From Candidatus Saccharimonadota bacterium (GTDB lineage Archaea; Micrarchaeota; Micrarchaeia; Micrarchaeales; Micrarchaeaceae): a stretch of DNA of 32,000 bases. The stretch lies in contig NZ_CP019964.1 of NCBI RefSeq assembly GCF_002214165.1, positions 30,001 through 62,000 on the forward strand, given 5' to 3'. The notes under the pieces are model-generated. The model was not told the DNA's origin. It worked only from the letters and a program-made list of their open reading frames with translations, and did no database searches. The translations under genes and the position numbers were made by a program. Below, piece by piece: positions 1 to 7,951 of this stretch (within the stretch, counting starts at the first letter, position 1; the number at the start of each line of letters is the position of its first letter).

Positions 1-869
1 TCGTACATGTCCGATATCACAGCAGAGCCCAATGAAGCATTGTATATCTGCACATTCGAAATTGATCCGTTGAACCAGAACCTGCCGGACATAAGCGGGG
101 AATCCATATTTCCCAAAGAAATGTAATTGGTAGGGAGATTTGTATAGCCCGGTGCGTAAGTTTTATTGACTAATCTGCCATTTATGTAAAGGTCCAGATA
201 AGTGCCATTGTAGGTTTCTGCGACGAAGTACCAAGCCTTGTAATGCCCAAAAGGGTAATTTGTATACGCCCACTGCGCACCGCCATAAGTTTTATTGTAA
301 ACGCAAGCAGCTGCCTTGAAGTAATCAGGGTTTCCAGAGTCAAACACCACAGGTGTACCAGTCGAAGGAGAATAAAACAAGTTTATTGAAGCAGGATATG
401 CGGGAGCAGCCAGAAGTATAGTTCCATTGTCTTCAGGACCATATGTACTAGAGCAGACATCATCGCCTATTGATATTGGCATTTGCTCTCCCATTGAAGT
501 AGGGCCATTAACATAAATCCAAGCACTTACAGAAAACTTTCCCGTATTAAGGTACTCCAAAGTGGTAAGTGATGCGCTCACATTGCTGTCCTTTCCATTA
601 AACCCTCCTACAAATTTAGGCAGCAGGTATCCACATTCACCAACCAAAGAAAGCCCAGAAGCTTGGCCCGGTCCATAAGGCCTTTCCACGTAACAGCCCC
701 CTGGCTGAAGCCTTGGCTCAAACGTGAGCGGATTGAATATCCCTAAAGTATATAATGCAGCAAGTATTATTGCTATAACTAAAATGGCCCACCCATATGT
801 CATAAGGTATTCCATAGCGCTCTGCGATTTATAATTAGTCGACAATCTTTTTTTAGAATTAAGCGCCAT
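1..869 (-). CDS. Archaeal type IV pilin-like (class III signal peptide) protein with LamG/concanavalin-A-like lectin domain; C-terminus runs off the window
   Basis: Absent from the ORF track because it is open at position 1. Hand translation from the ATG on the complement of 869-867 gives MALNSKKRLSTNYKSQSAMEYLMTYGWAILVIAIILAALYTLGIF... This is a short basic N-terminus followed by QSAMEYLMTYGWAILVI, the hydrophobic core typical of archaeal prepilin signals. Downstream, FSVSAWIYVNG ... WYFVAETYNGTYLDLYINGRLV ... FNGSISNVQIYNASLGSAVISDMY fits the LamG_3/ConA-like pattern. Confidence 0.7.
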   Translation of the reverse strand, partial: MALNSKKRLSTNYKSQSAMEYLMTYGWAILVIAIILAALYTLGIFNPLTFEPRLQPGGCYVERPYGPGQASGLSLVGECGYLLPKFVGGFNGKDSNVSASLTTLEYLNTGKFSVSAWIYVNGPTSMGEQMPISIGDDVCSSTYGPEDNGTILLAAPAYPASINLFYSPSTGTPVVFDSGNPDYFKAAACVYNKTYGGAQWAYTNYPFGHYKAWYFVAETYNGTYLDLYINGRLVNKTYAPGYTNLPTNYISLGNMDSPLMSGRFWFNGSISNVQIYNASLGSAVISDMY

Positions 870-1013
870 GTCTGATTTAGATCTTAACCAGTCCACATAT
901 CCACCAGTGATAATTATTGTAGTTTAATATATTTAATCATTGAGTTTAAATTCGGAAATTTTTGAAACTGCACAAACTTAGAAAGCAATAAATAAAGAGG
1001 ATGTAAAAGTATA

Positions 1014-1268
1014 TTGAGAATGGATAATATGAATGTCGATGACAAGCTATATTTTATCAACAAGCTGCTCAGGGATAATAAGTTCCATGTAACTGGGTTT
1101 TTGCTGACCAAGGACTACATTTTTATCAAATCCTATAGGTTCAGGACTAATTACTATTTTATCATTCCCCGTCTGGCAGCCCCATCCTCATTGGACTCTA
1201 TAGACAAGCTTATGCGCTACAATACAATAAATGATAATAGGGTACCAATAAGCTTCATAGATATCTGA
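1014..1268 (+). CDS. Hypothetical small protein (84 aa)
   Basis: ORF only; TTG start at 1014 or ATG at 1020. No recognisable motif, aromatic/Ile-rich composition. It sits in the 450-nt spacer between the pilin-like gene and the tRNA. Confidence 0.25.
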   Translation: MRMDNMNVDDKLYFINKLLRDNKFHVTGFLLTKDYIFIKSYRFRTNYYFIIPRLAAPSSLDSIDKLMRYNTINDNRVPISFIDI

Positions 1269-1317
1269 AATATAGGAACAGGTGCACAATTATCTTCTGT
1301 ATTCAAAAAATAAACTG

Positions 1318-1418
1318 CGCCGGAGGCGAGAATCGAACTCGCGAAGGCTTTAAAGCCAAACAGCTTAGCAGGCTGCCGCCCTTTAGTGCCTTTTAAAGTA
1401 CCACTAGGCTACCCCGGC
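1318..1418 (-). tRNA. tRNA-Ser (anticodon GCU) with a ~17-nt insertion in the D-loop
   Basis: Reverse complement folds as GCCGGGG/TA/GCCT/[24-nt D-loop AGTGGTACTTTAAAAGGCACTAAA]/GGGC/G/GCAGC/CTGCTAA/GCTGT/[long variable arm TTGGCTTTAAAGCCTTC]/GCGAG/TTCGATT/CTCGC/CTCCGGC/G. It has a 7-bp acceptor stem, T33, anticodon GCT (complement of 1369-1367), A37, a GTTCGATTC T-arm, a type II variable arm and discriminator G. Length is 101 nt, against roughly 85 nt as I recall for a tRNA-Ser. Confidence 0.8.
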
Positions 1419-1504
1419 ATTTATTGAATGACTCAAATTCGCATAAAACCCAAATAAGATAAACAAGTTATTATCGCATTCAGTAAATAAACTTTATCCT
1501 ATAT

Positions 1505-1520
1505 AACTATAAATACCTTT
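1505..1520 (-). promoter_or_regulatory. BRE/TATA-like element AAAGGTATTTATAGTT between SRP RNA and tRNA-Ser(GCU)
   Basis: The reverse complement of 1505-1520 reads AAAGGTATTTATAGTT. This is a near copy of the 19-mer at 17493-17511 and 29120-29138, and lies about 90 nt upstream of the tRNA 5' end. Confidence 0.4.
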
Positions 1521-1551
1521 AGTTTAAGTTCCAAGATACAAAACCTAAAAG

Positions 1552-1839
1552 ACGGCAGAAGCCGATCAAGCATGTAAAGTAATTAAAAGGTGTTATGCAA
1601 ATCCACTCAGTCCTGTATCCTAAAAGCATAACCTAATTGCACGCAGTTTAATCCGCAATATGCTTAAGGTTGCTCCTTCCGGCCTGGCCTGATTCACATA
1701 CCAGGTTATCGTTTAGGGCAGAGCCTCAACACTTCTTTGCACTCTTTTTTAATTCCCTTATATACCTGACCGACATGTAAGCCCGCCTTTGAAGGGATTT
1801 GCGAACGGAGAACCCTTAGCTCCCCGGCCTATCTGCCGT
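1552..1839 (-). ncRNA. Signal recognition particle RNA (7S/SRP RNA)
   Basis: The minus strand carries AUCAGGCCAGGCCGGAAGGAGCAACC (complement of 1668-1693). This closely matches the universally conserved SRP helix-8 sequence (E. coli 4.5S: CAGGUCAGGUCCGGAAGGAAGCAGCC). The 5' ACGGCAGA (1839-1832) pairs with the 3' UCUGCCGU (1559-1552), as in the terminal helix of archaeal ~300-nt SRP RNAs. The 3' end is followed by CUUUUAGGUUUUG (oligo-U terminator). A TATA-like TTTAAAGTTTAATTA lies upstream at ~1880-1895. Ends are approximate (+/-10 nt). Confidence 0.8.
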
Positions 1840-1999
1840 AACTATAAGGAACATGCAATAATTTAACTTTTTTGATAATTAAACTTTAAAGCAAGCCTTT
1901 TTAGGAAGGTGCCGCAATCAGACAGCCGATATAGAAATATATATATAATTAGAACAACAATTAGTAAGTGACGTTTCAAGCTAATTGATAGGTGTTTAA

Positions 2000-2416
2000 T
2001 TGGAAGATAAAGAATATACAGAACTATTGCATAATGCTTTCTCGAAATTACCCAACTTGGAGGAAGAGCACCAAGATTTTGTCATACCAAAGGTAGACTC
2101 AATGATACAAGGGAACAAGACAATAATCAAGAACATTAATGCAATAGCAGACAGGGCAAGGAGGAAAAGAGAAGAGATATCAAGATACTTCGAGAAGGAA
2201 TTGGGAGTCCCTACGTCATTGGAGGACCAAAGATTGGTCATCACTGGAAAATTCAGAGAAGAAGATCTGAACAAAAAGCTGGAGAGGTATTTCAATGTGT
2301 ATGTTATATGCAGAGAATGCCATAAGCCCGATACCCATCTGGAGAATGCGGGGAATGGGATGTACTATCTAGTATGCGAGGCGTGTGGTGCAAGGTATAG
2401 CCTAAAGAGCTACTGA
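2000..2416 (+). CDS. eif2b: Translation initiation factor aIF2 subunit beta
   Basis: 138 aa, TTG start preceded by GGTG. The sequence has a C-terminal Zn-ribbon, CRECHKPDTHL...YLVCEACGA, and a central ...RYFEKELGVPTSLEDQRLVITGKF... typical of aIF2-beta. Confidence 0.9.
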   Translation: MEDKEYTELLHNAFSKLPNLEEEHQDFVIPKVDSMIQGNKTIIKNINAIADRARRKREEISRYFEKELGVPTSLEDQRLVITGKFREEDLNKKLERYFNVYVICRECHKPDTHLENAGNGMYYLVCEACGARYSLKSY

Positions 2417-2427
2417 TAAGGTGTATA

Positions 2428-2730
2428 ATGATGTATAATAGAAAAAGCAATCCAAACTCTCCTCCACCTCAATTGAGGATTCCAAAAGGCAATGAGACAG
2501 CAGGCAAAGTCGCAAAAGTTGTTGGGGCCTCAAAGTTCATAGTGAACTGTGCAGATGGCAAAGAGCGCCTTTGCGATATACCTGGCAGGTTCAGGCGTAG
2601 ATTCTGGATAAAGGAAGGAGATACCGTTCTGATACAACCGTGGTCTGTCCAGAGCGATAAAAGAGGGGATATAATATGGAAATACAGCATAATGGATGTA
2701 GATAAGCTGCATTCTAAAAATTATATATAA
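2428..2730 (+). CDS. eif1a: Translation initiation factor aIF1A
   Basis: 100 aa S1-like OB fold: GKVAKVVGASKFIVNCADGKERLCDIPGRFRRRFWIKEGDTVLIQPW...GDIIWKY, the canonical aIF1A/eIF1A core. Confidence 0.9.
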   Translation: MMYNRKSNPNSPPPQLRIPKGNETAGKVAKVVGASKFIVNCADGKERLCDIPGRFRRRFWIKEGDTVLIQPWSVQSDKRGDIIWKYSIMDVDKLHSKNYI

Positions 2731-2768
2731 GCCTTCGAAAAGGCATAATTTGTTTTTAATTTTTTATT
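2731..2768 (+). terminator. Hairpin plus oligo-T terminator after aIF1A
   Basis: GCCTT-CGAA-AAGGC stem-loop (2731-2744) directly after the stop codon, followed by TTTGTTTTTAATTTTTTATT. Confidence 0.4.
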
Positions 2769-2842
2769 CCATTTCATGGAAACAATTTAAATAACATAAT
2801 TCAAATTTAATCATAGAGTTTGAACTGTAATAAGGGGGGCAC

Positions 2843-4060
2843 ATGCAAACATTGAACGATCTATTAGCAGAATCAAAAATCTTCCAGAACAGGGAGGTGC
2901 TTTCTCCGCATTATATACCAAAGAAACTTATATTCAGGGAGAAAGAAATAAACGACATAGAAAAAGCAATAGCCCCTTCCCTGAAAGGCGAAAAAGGCAG
3001 GAATCTATTTATTTATGGCAAGACCGGCACCGGAAAGACAACTTGCACAAAATATGTGATAAACGAGATAAGTACGCTCCCAAATATAAAGACTAAAATA
3101 TCCTACATAAACTGCCGGATATACAATTCAAGATACAGGGTGCTCAACAAGATTGTAAGCGACCATCTGCCAAATTATGCCAAGAGGGGATTTGGCACCG
3201 TTGACTTATATGAGAAGCTCATAAACTGGATGGAAGAGGACACAAAAGTCCTTGTAATAGCATTGGACGAAATAGATATGGTAAAAGACCTTGATGATTT
3301 AATATATACCTTAACACGGATAAACAGCGATATAAGGTTCGGCGGGGTAAGCATAATAGGGATATCAAACAACGTTTCATTCAAGGACGACCTTGATCCC
3401 CGCAGCCTGTCTGCCCTATACGAATCGGAACTGGTATTTCCATCATATTATGCAAATGAGCTTTATGCAATAATAAAAGATAGGGTAATTGAGGGATTTA
3501 AGGAAAATGCGATATCGGATGAAGTTCTGCACTACATTGCGGCTGCGGCAGCCAAGGAAGGCGGAGATGCAAGGTTCTCATTGAACGTCCTTTCGGAAGC
3601 CGGAGAATATGCAGAACTAAACAACGAGGATTCCGTAAAGATGGCAGATGCCGAAAAAGCAATACAAAAGGCCGGAGAAGATGCGGTCTATGAATTAATA
3701 TCAACACTTCCATATGACCAAAAGCTTGTCCTATACTCCATAGTGCTTATAGCGGAAAGCGGAGGTTCATACAAGAAACTTAGCGATGGAATAGACACTT
3801 ACATATTCAGCGGCGAAATCTACAGCAGGTACAAATCACTGGCGGAAGGGCTTCACAAAACATTCAAGAGCGAGAGATGGTACCGCAATTACATATCGGA
3901 GCTGGAGACCTATGGGCTAATATCATCATTTGAATCCGGAAAAGGCATAAGGGGCCATACAAAGCTTATAAAGCTTATATATCCATCGAAGAAGATAAAG
4001 AAAGTGATCGAATCCGATCTATTCAGCGTTTCAGACCCTAAAAGCCCAGATGAAAAATAA
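2843..4060 (+). CDS. cdc6: Orc1/Cdc6 replication initiator (AAA+ with C-terminal winged helix)
   Basis: 405 aa. Walker A GKTGTGKTT, Walker B VIALDEID, sensor region ISN. N-terminal ...REVLSPHYIPKKLIFREKEI... is typical of archaeal Orc1/Cdc6. Confidence 0.95.
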   Translation: MQTLNDLLAESKIFQNREVLSPHYIPKKLIFREKEINDIEKAIAPSLKGEKGRNLFIYGKTGTGKTTCTKYVINEISTLPNIKTKISYINCRIYNSRYRVLNKIVSDHLPNYAKRGFGTVDLYEKLINWMEEDTKVLVIALDEIDMVKDLDDLIYTLTRINSDIRFGGVSIIGISNNVSFKDDLDPRSLSALYESELVFPSYYANELYAIIKDRVIEGFKENAISDEVLHYIAAAAAKEGGDARFSLNVLSEAGEYAELNNEDSVKMADAEKAIQKAGEDAVYELISTLPYDQKLVLYSIVLIAESGGSYKKLSDGIDTYIFSGEIYSRYKSLAEGLHKTFKSERWYRNYISELETYGLISSFESGKGIRGHTKLIKLIYPSKKIKKVIESDLFSVSDPKSPDEK

Positions 4061-4072
4061 TGCGGTGTTATA

Positions 4073-4591
4073 TTGTATTATGATTTAGCAAATTTTGATT
4101 ATGCACCATTAGGAATATCCCCAAGAGATTTGGGATTTAACCAAATATTCAGGGCAGGGATTGATGTCAAATTACTTGATGTATCATCAAACAATGGGGA
4201 TTTCAGCGGATCAATAGTCTACAATTCGGATTTCAAAAGACTGATGTCAAGGATGAGGGAAGGTGCATCAGGAGTGCTACTAAATGATTATGTTTTGGAA
4301 AAAAAATTCATACAGTTCCTTTCACAAAATGACAACTTCCTTATACTTTCAATAAATAAGTTGCTTGCGGATTCAGGTTTTTCAAGGCAGAGAGACCTGC
4401 TGTTCATGCGCAAGATGGTCAGGTACCTTGAATCAAGCAGGATAAAGTTCTCAATAGTCACATTTGCAGAAAATCCGGTGCTCCAATACTCCAGGATGCA
4501 GCTTTTGTATATATCCCAGCTTGTCTTTTCAAACCCCGATCATGCCAAAGAGCATATAACCAATTTAAAGGATATCATAGTAGAGGGATGA
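4073..4591 (+). CDS. rnp3: RNase P protein component 3 (Rpp30/Rnp3-like), short form
   Basis: TTG start with GGTG 6 nt upstream. The C-terminal half (RDLLFMRKMVRYLESSRIKFSIVTFAENPVLQYSRMQLLYISQLV...PDHAKEHI) parallels the Pyrococcus Rpp30 C-terminus as I recall it. It sits immediately upstream of pop5 and psmA, as in the conserved archaeal superoperon. At 172 aa it is shorter than the roughly 210-240 aa I recall for archaeal Rpp30. Confidence 0.55.
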   Translation: MYYDLANFDYAPLGISPRDLGFNQIFRAGIDVKLLDVSSNNGDFSGSIVYNSDFKRLMSRMREGASGVLLNDYVLEKKFIQFLSQNDNFLILSINKLLADSGFSRQRDLLFMRKMVRYLESSRIKFSIVTFAENPVLQYSRMQLLYISQLVFSNPDHAKEHITNLKDIIVEG

Positions 4592-4594
4592 AGG

Positions 4595-4939
4595 ATGAGG
4601 GAGAAGCACAGGTATGTACTGGTAAAGTCTTCTGAAACAATAAAGGCACTGCTAGGGAGTGAGTATACCAAAGATCCAGGCAAAGCGTTTTCAAAGTTGA
4701 TGAACAGGTACTTATTATTTGAGCTTGGAGATGTACATTATTCGGATGCCAATCCACAAGTTGCAGCCATCCTTGACGATAAGACATTCATATTGAAGGT
4801 GCTCCTTAATGGATTCAGGGATAGTGTTATAGGATTGGCGTTTATAAACAAGGTTAACAACATTCCCGTTTCTTTTACGACTCTTAAAAGCTCTGGAACT
4901 ATAAAATCCATAAAAACCTATTACAAATCGAAGCTCTGA
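4595..4939 (+). CDS. rnp2: RNase P protein component 2 (Pop5/Rnp2)
   Basis: N-terminal MREKHRYVLVK matches the Pop5 signature (R-D/E-K-x-RY-I/V). The C-terminal ...LKSSGTIKSIK matches the conserved SGTIK motif. Synteny Rpp30-Pop5-PsmA supports the call. Confidence 0.7.
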   Translation: MREKHRYVLVKSSETIKALLGSEYTKDPGKAFSKLMNRYLLFELGDVHYSDANPQVAAILDDKTFILKVLLNGFRDSVIGLAFINKVNNIPVSFTTLKSSGTIKSIKTYYKSKL

Positions 4940-5160
4940 ATTTATATCCCAAAAAACGAAGAGTTGCCAATAATAAAAAGCAACAAAATTACCTTCGGGT
5001 GAAATAAGGTTTGAATACCTTTTTATACTTTTATATACATATACTTCCATTGATTTTAAATTAATCTACAGACTTAATGCAAAAGCTATAAGGATTCTAA
5101 TAAAGCATTTTGCAATCTTTGATTTAAAGTCGAGAATCGGTATTTTATTTAGGTGAAAAG

Positions 5161-5856
5161 ATGTATCCAAACATACAAGCATATGACAGAGGGGTTATGT
5201 TCAGTCCAGATGGGAGGCTTTTTCAGGTTGAATACGCCAAGGAAGCAGTTAAAAAAGGATCAACCGCTATAGGAATAGTGGCAGATGCAGGGGTTGTCAT
5301 TGCAGCCCACAGGAACATCAATGAATCTTTGGTAGTGCCTGAAACATTGCAGAAGATCTTCAAAATAGATCCGTATATATGTGCTACATATAGCGGAATG
5401 ATATCTGACGGGTTGCACCTTGTCAGCATGATGAGGGAAAAGACCCAGAGCCATAGGATGATATACGACGAGACAGAGCCTGTCGAAACGTTGGCAAGGG
5501 AAATGGCAGAGGAGATGCTTACAGCTACAGAGTATGGGGGCTTAAGGCCTTTTGCAGTTTCAACTCTTGTAGGAGGCGTTGATACAAAGCCAAGGCTATT
5601 CGAAGTAGACCCTGCAGGTGCTTTGGCAGGATACAAGGCTGATGCAATAGGATCGGGCAAAAAGACCGCAACGGAGATTCTATCCAAGGAGTACAAGGAT
5701 GGAATGGCGTTGGATGAAGCGATAAAGCTTGCAGTTTCAATAATAAAGAAGATAAATGAAAACAAGCTGGATTCAAACAACCTAGAGATATCAACAATTT
5801 CAAAAGGCAAGGGATTCAAGTTTTTTGATCAAAAAACTATAGAGTCTTACTTTTGA
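5161..5856 (+). CDS. psmA: Proteasome subunit alpha
   Basis: AYDRGVMFSPDGRLFQVEYAKEAVKKGSTAIGI is the canonical alpha-subunit N-terminus. AGGTGA Shine-Dalgarno 6 nt upstream. Confidence 0.95.
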   Translation: MYPNIQAYDRGVMFSPDGRLFQVEYAKEAVKKGSTAIGIVADAGVVIAAHRNINESLVVPETLQKIFKIDPYICATYSGMISDGLHLVSMMREKTQSHRMIYDETEPVETLAREMAEEMLTATEYGGLRPFAVSTLVGGVDTKPRLFEVDPAGALAGYKADAIGSGKKTATEILSKEYKDGMALDEAIKLAVSIIKKINENKLDSNNLEISTISKGKGFKFFDQKTIESYF

Positions 5857-5863
5857 TCTTTAA

Positions 5864-6559
5864 GTGACTTTAATGGAATCTAAAATAGTCATAGCAAAAT
5901 ATGGTGTAGGCAAAGACGAGTTTGAAATATTGGTGGATGCCGACTTGGCATACCAGTATATAACAAATAAAATAAAGGACCCCATCACAGTGCTTGAGAC
6001 AGAGGAGATTTTCAAGGATGCAAGGAAGGGTGAAAGGCAGAGTGAAGAAAAGCTCAAAAAGGCATTTGGCACAACAGAACTGCCAACAATAGTGGATAAG
6101 ATATTGAGGAAAGGCAATGTCCCTATAACAACAGAGCAAAAGAACAAGCTCCTAGAAGACAAGAGGAAGCAGATAATAAACATAATAGCAAGGAATGCAA
6201 TAGATCCAAGGACAAACGCACCCACACCATCATTAAGAGTCGAAAATGCTATGAGCGAGGCAAGGGTTTCAATAGATCCATTCAAAAGCGCAAGTGAACA
6301 GATTGAAGAAGTGATAAAAAAGATAAACATGATTTTGCCAATAAAATTTGCAGTTGCAAAGATAGAAGTTTCTATACCTCCGGAATACGCAAGCAGATGC
6401 TATGGAGTCCTGAAGGAATACGGAATAAAATCGCAGCAATGGCTCAAGGATGGCAGTTTGCAGGCAGCTGTTGAGTTCCCTGCAGGAATGCAGTCCGAAT
6501 TTTTCGACAAAATAAATAAGCTTACACAAGGTAAAGCTGTTACAAAGATTTTAACGTGA
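5864..6559 (+). CDS. sdo1: SBDS/Sdo1 ribosome maturation protein
   Basis: Aligns along its full length with archaeal SBDS as I recall it: VIAKYGVGKDEFEILVD...EEIFKDARKGERQSEEKLKKAFGTTE...KRKQIINIIARNAIDPRTNAPTP. Start is GTG 5864 or ATG 5873. Confidence 0.9.
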   Translation: MTLMESKIVIAKYGVGKDEFEILVDADLAYQYITNKIKDPITVLETEEIFKDARKGERQSEEKLKKAFGTTELPTIVDKILRKGNVPITTEQKNKLLEDKRKQIINIIARNAIDPRTNAPTPSLRVENAMSEARVSIDPFKSASEQIEEVIKKINMILPIKFAVAKIEVSIPPEYASRCYGVLKEYGIKSQQWLKDGSLQAAVEFPAGMQSEFFDKINKLTQGKAVTKILT

Positions 6560-6560
6560 T

Positions 6561-7175
6561 TTGATGAGACGTTTTGTTTTTCCTGGCGAAATGATACTTA
6601 ATTCGCCTACAGAATTGAGCTGTTCGTACATAGATAATGATAAGACTTATTCAAAGGTGCTTGGGCTTTTTGACGAATCATCAAAATCCTTGATACCTCT
6701 CAAATCCGTATGGGTGCCGCACATTGATGACAAGGTAATAGGAGTAATAAGCGACATCGGAAGAAACGGCTCATACAGCGTTGAGATAAACCCTCTTGTG
6801 AAAGGTGTTCTGCTCACAGATAGAAGGGAGAGGCAGAGATTTTATGTTGGAGATATAGTAGAGGCAACAGTAAAAGAAATAGAGCACAAGACAACAGTTG
6901 TGCTAGAAAGGGCCATGCTTCTCAAAGATGGAATACTAATGCACATCAATACCGCAAAGATACCAAGGCTTATGGGCAAAGAGAACACAATGATAAACGA
7001 GCTGACTTCGTTTACAAAGACCAAGATAGCTGTAGGCAAGAATGGCTATGTTTGGATAAAAGGTGAAAATGCCAATAAGGCGATAGATGCGGTGCTTAGA
7101 ATAGAGTCAGAAGCGCATGTGCCTGGATTGACTGACAGGATAAAAGACATGCTTGAGAATGAGAATAAGGAATGA
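6561..7175 (+). CDS. rrp4: Exosome complex RNA-binding protein Rrp4 (S1 + KH)
   Basis: S1-like core (DDKVIGVISDIGRNGSYSVEI) and KH region (IPRLMGKENTMINELTSFTKTKIAVGKNGYVWIKG). Located directly upstream of rrp41/rrp42. Confidence 0.8.
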   Translation: MMRRFVFPGEMILNSPTELSCSYIDNDKTYSKVLGLFDESSKSLIPLKSVWVPHIDDKVIGVISDIGRNGSYSVEINPLVKGVLLTDRRERQRFYVGDIVEATVKEIEHKTTVVLERAMLLKDGILMHINTAKIPRLMGKENTMINELTSFTKTKIAVGKNGYVWIKGENANKAIDAVLRIESEAHVPGLTDRIKDMLENENKE

Positions 7176-7187
7176 CAAGGTGGTAAT

Positions 7188-7931
7188 TTGGCATCATCAT
7201 TAAATAAACCAAAATTGATAATCAATGGAAAAAGAATAGACGGGAGAGGTTTCAATGAGCTCAGGCCATTGAAGATAGAAGCGGGAGTATTGAAGAACGC
7301 TGACGGTTCAGCTTATGAAGAGTGGGGCAATAACAAAGTGCTTGCAGCAGTCTACGGTCCAAAAGAAGCGCCAAGATATCTGGCAGATCCTGAGAAAGCG
7401 GTTATAAGGGCCAAGTACTCAATGGCATCCTTCTCCGGGCTTGATGGTCACGGAAGGTCGGCTCCATCAAGGAGAGAAGTTGAGATATCAAAAGTGACCT
7501 CTGATGTGTTTTCCAACATAGTTGAGGTTTCACAATTTCCAAATTCTGTGATAGAAATAGACATAGAGATACTTCAAAGTGATGGAGGAACGAGAGCAGC
7601 AGGGATAACTGCAGCTTCAGTTGCATTGGCAAATGCGGGCATACCTATGAAGGACCTTGTCTATGCGGTAAGCGGTGCAAGGATCGAGGACAAGATGGCA
7701 GTAGATGTGAATATGATAGAAGACAATTATTCCGATGCAGATATACCTTTCGCTATTTCGCCAAGGAATAATGAAGTGCTGCTTTTGCAGTTTGACGGTG
7801 GGGTTACACCGGAGCAGATGAAGGAGGCGGAGAAGCTGGTCCTTGAAGCCGGGAAGACTATATCCCAGATACAGAAGGATGCGCTGAAGAAGTCCTATGA
7901 GGACGTATCCGCGAAATATGAAAAGAAGTGA
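7188..7931 (+). CDS. rrp41: Exosome catalytic subunit Rrp41 (RNase PH family)
   Basis: RIDGRGFNELRPLKIEAGVLKNADGSAYEEWGNNKVLAAVYGP and ...LQSDGGTRAAGITAASVALANAGIPM... are RNase PH motifs. TTG start with AAGGTGGT upstream. Confidence 0.9.
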   Translation: MASSLNKPKLIINGKRIDGRGFNELRPLKIEAGVLKNADGSAYEEWGNNKVLAAVYGPKEAPRYLADPEKAVIRAKYSMASFSGLDGHGRSAPSRREVEISKVTSDVFSNIVEVSQFPNSVIEIDIEILQSDGGTRAAGITAASVALANAGIPMKDLVYAVSGARIEDKMAVDVNMIEDNYSDADIPFAISPRNNEVLLLQFDGGVTPEQMKEAEKLVLEAGKTISQIQKDALKKSYEDVSAKYEKK

Positions 7932-7951
7932 GGTGTATTTATTTGGATGCA

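Noticed and set aside
914-1111. 65-aa minus-strand ORF in the pilin-tRNA spacer.
   Set aside because: It overlaps the (itself weak) + strand ORF 1014-1268. The product is low-complexity Leu/Ser-rich, with no Shine-Dalgarno or promoter context.
1937-1947. (AT)n run ATATATATATA upstream of aIF2-beta.
   Set aside because: It is too short to be a meaningful microsatellite. Most simply it is part of a TATA-like promoter region shared by the divergent SRP RNA and aIF2-beta genes.
4715-5050. 111-aa minus-strand ORF extending from the pop5-psmA spacer into pop5.
   Set aside because: About two thirds of it is antisense to the well-supported pop5. The spacer more plausibly carries the psmA promoter.
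4940-5160. 220-bp spacer between pop5 and psmA, checked for a small RNA (C/D-box sRNA, tRNA) and for ORB repeats. It contains a weak GCAAAA...TTTTGC inverted repeat.
   Set aside because: No RUGAUGA/CUGA box pair, no tRNA-like cloverleaf and no repeated dyads were found. The 6-bp stem with a >20-nt loop is not convincing.
5223-5819. 198-aa ORF antisense to psmA. Similar long antisense ORFs: 5860-6330 (vs SBDS), 10854-11312 (vs rps4), 12414-12950 (vs lysS), 17810-18307 (vs rpl14), 19655-20185 (vs rpl5), 21042-21536 (vs rpl32e), 24683-25357 (vs lhr), 27911-28366 (vs M50 protease).
   Set aside because: Each lies fully inside, and antisense to, a gene with unambiguous conserved motifs. Their products are low-complexity Ser/Leu/Phe/Ile-rich strings. 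These are shadow ORFs: the purine-rich (A/G) coding strands leave few stop codons on the complement.
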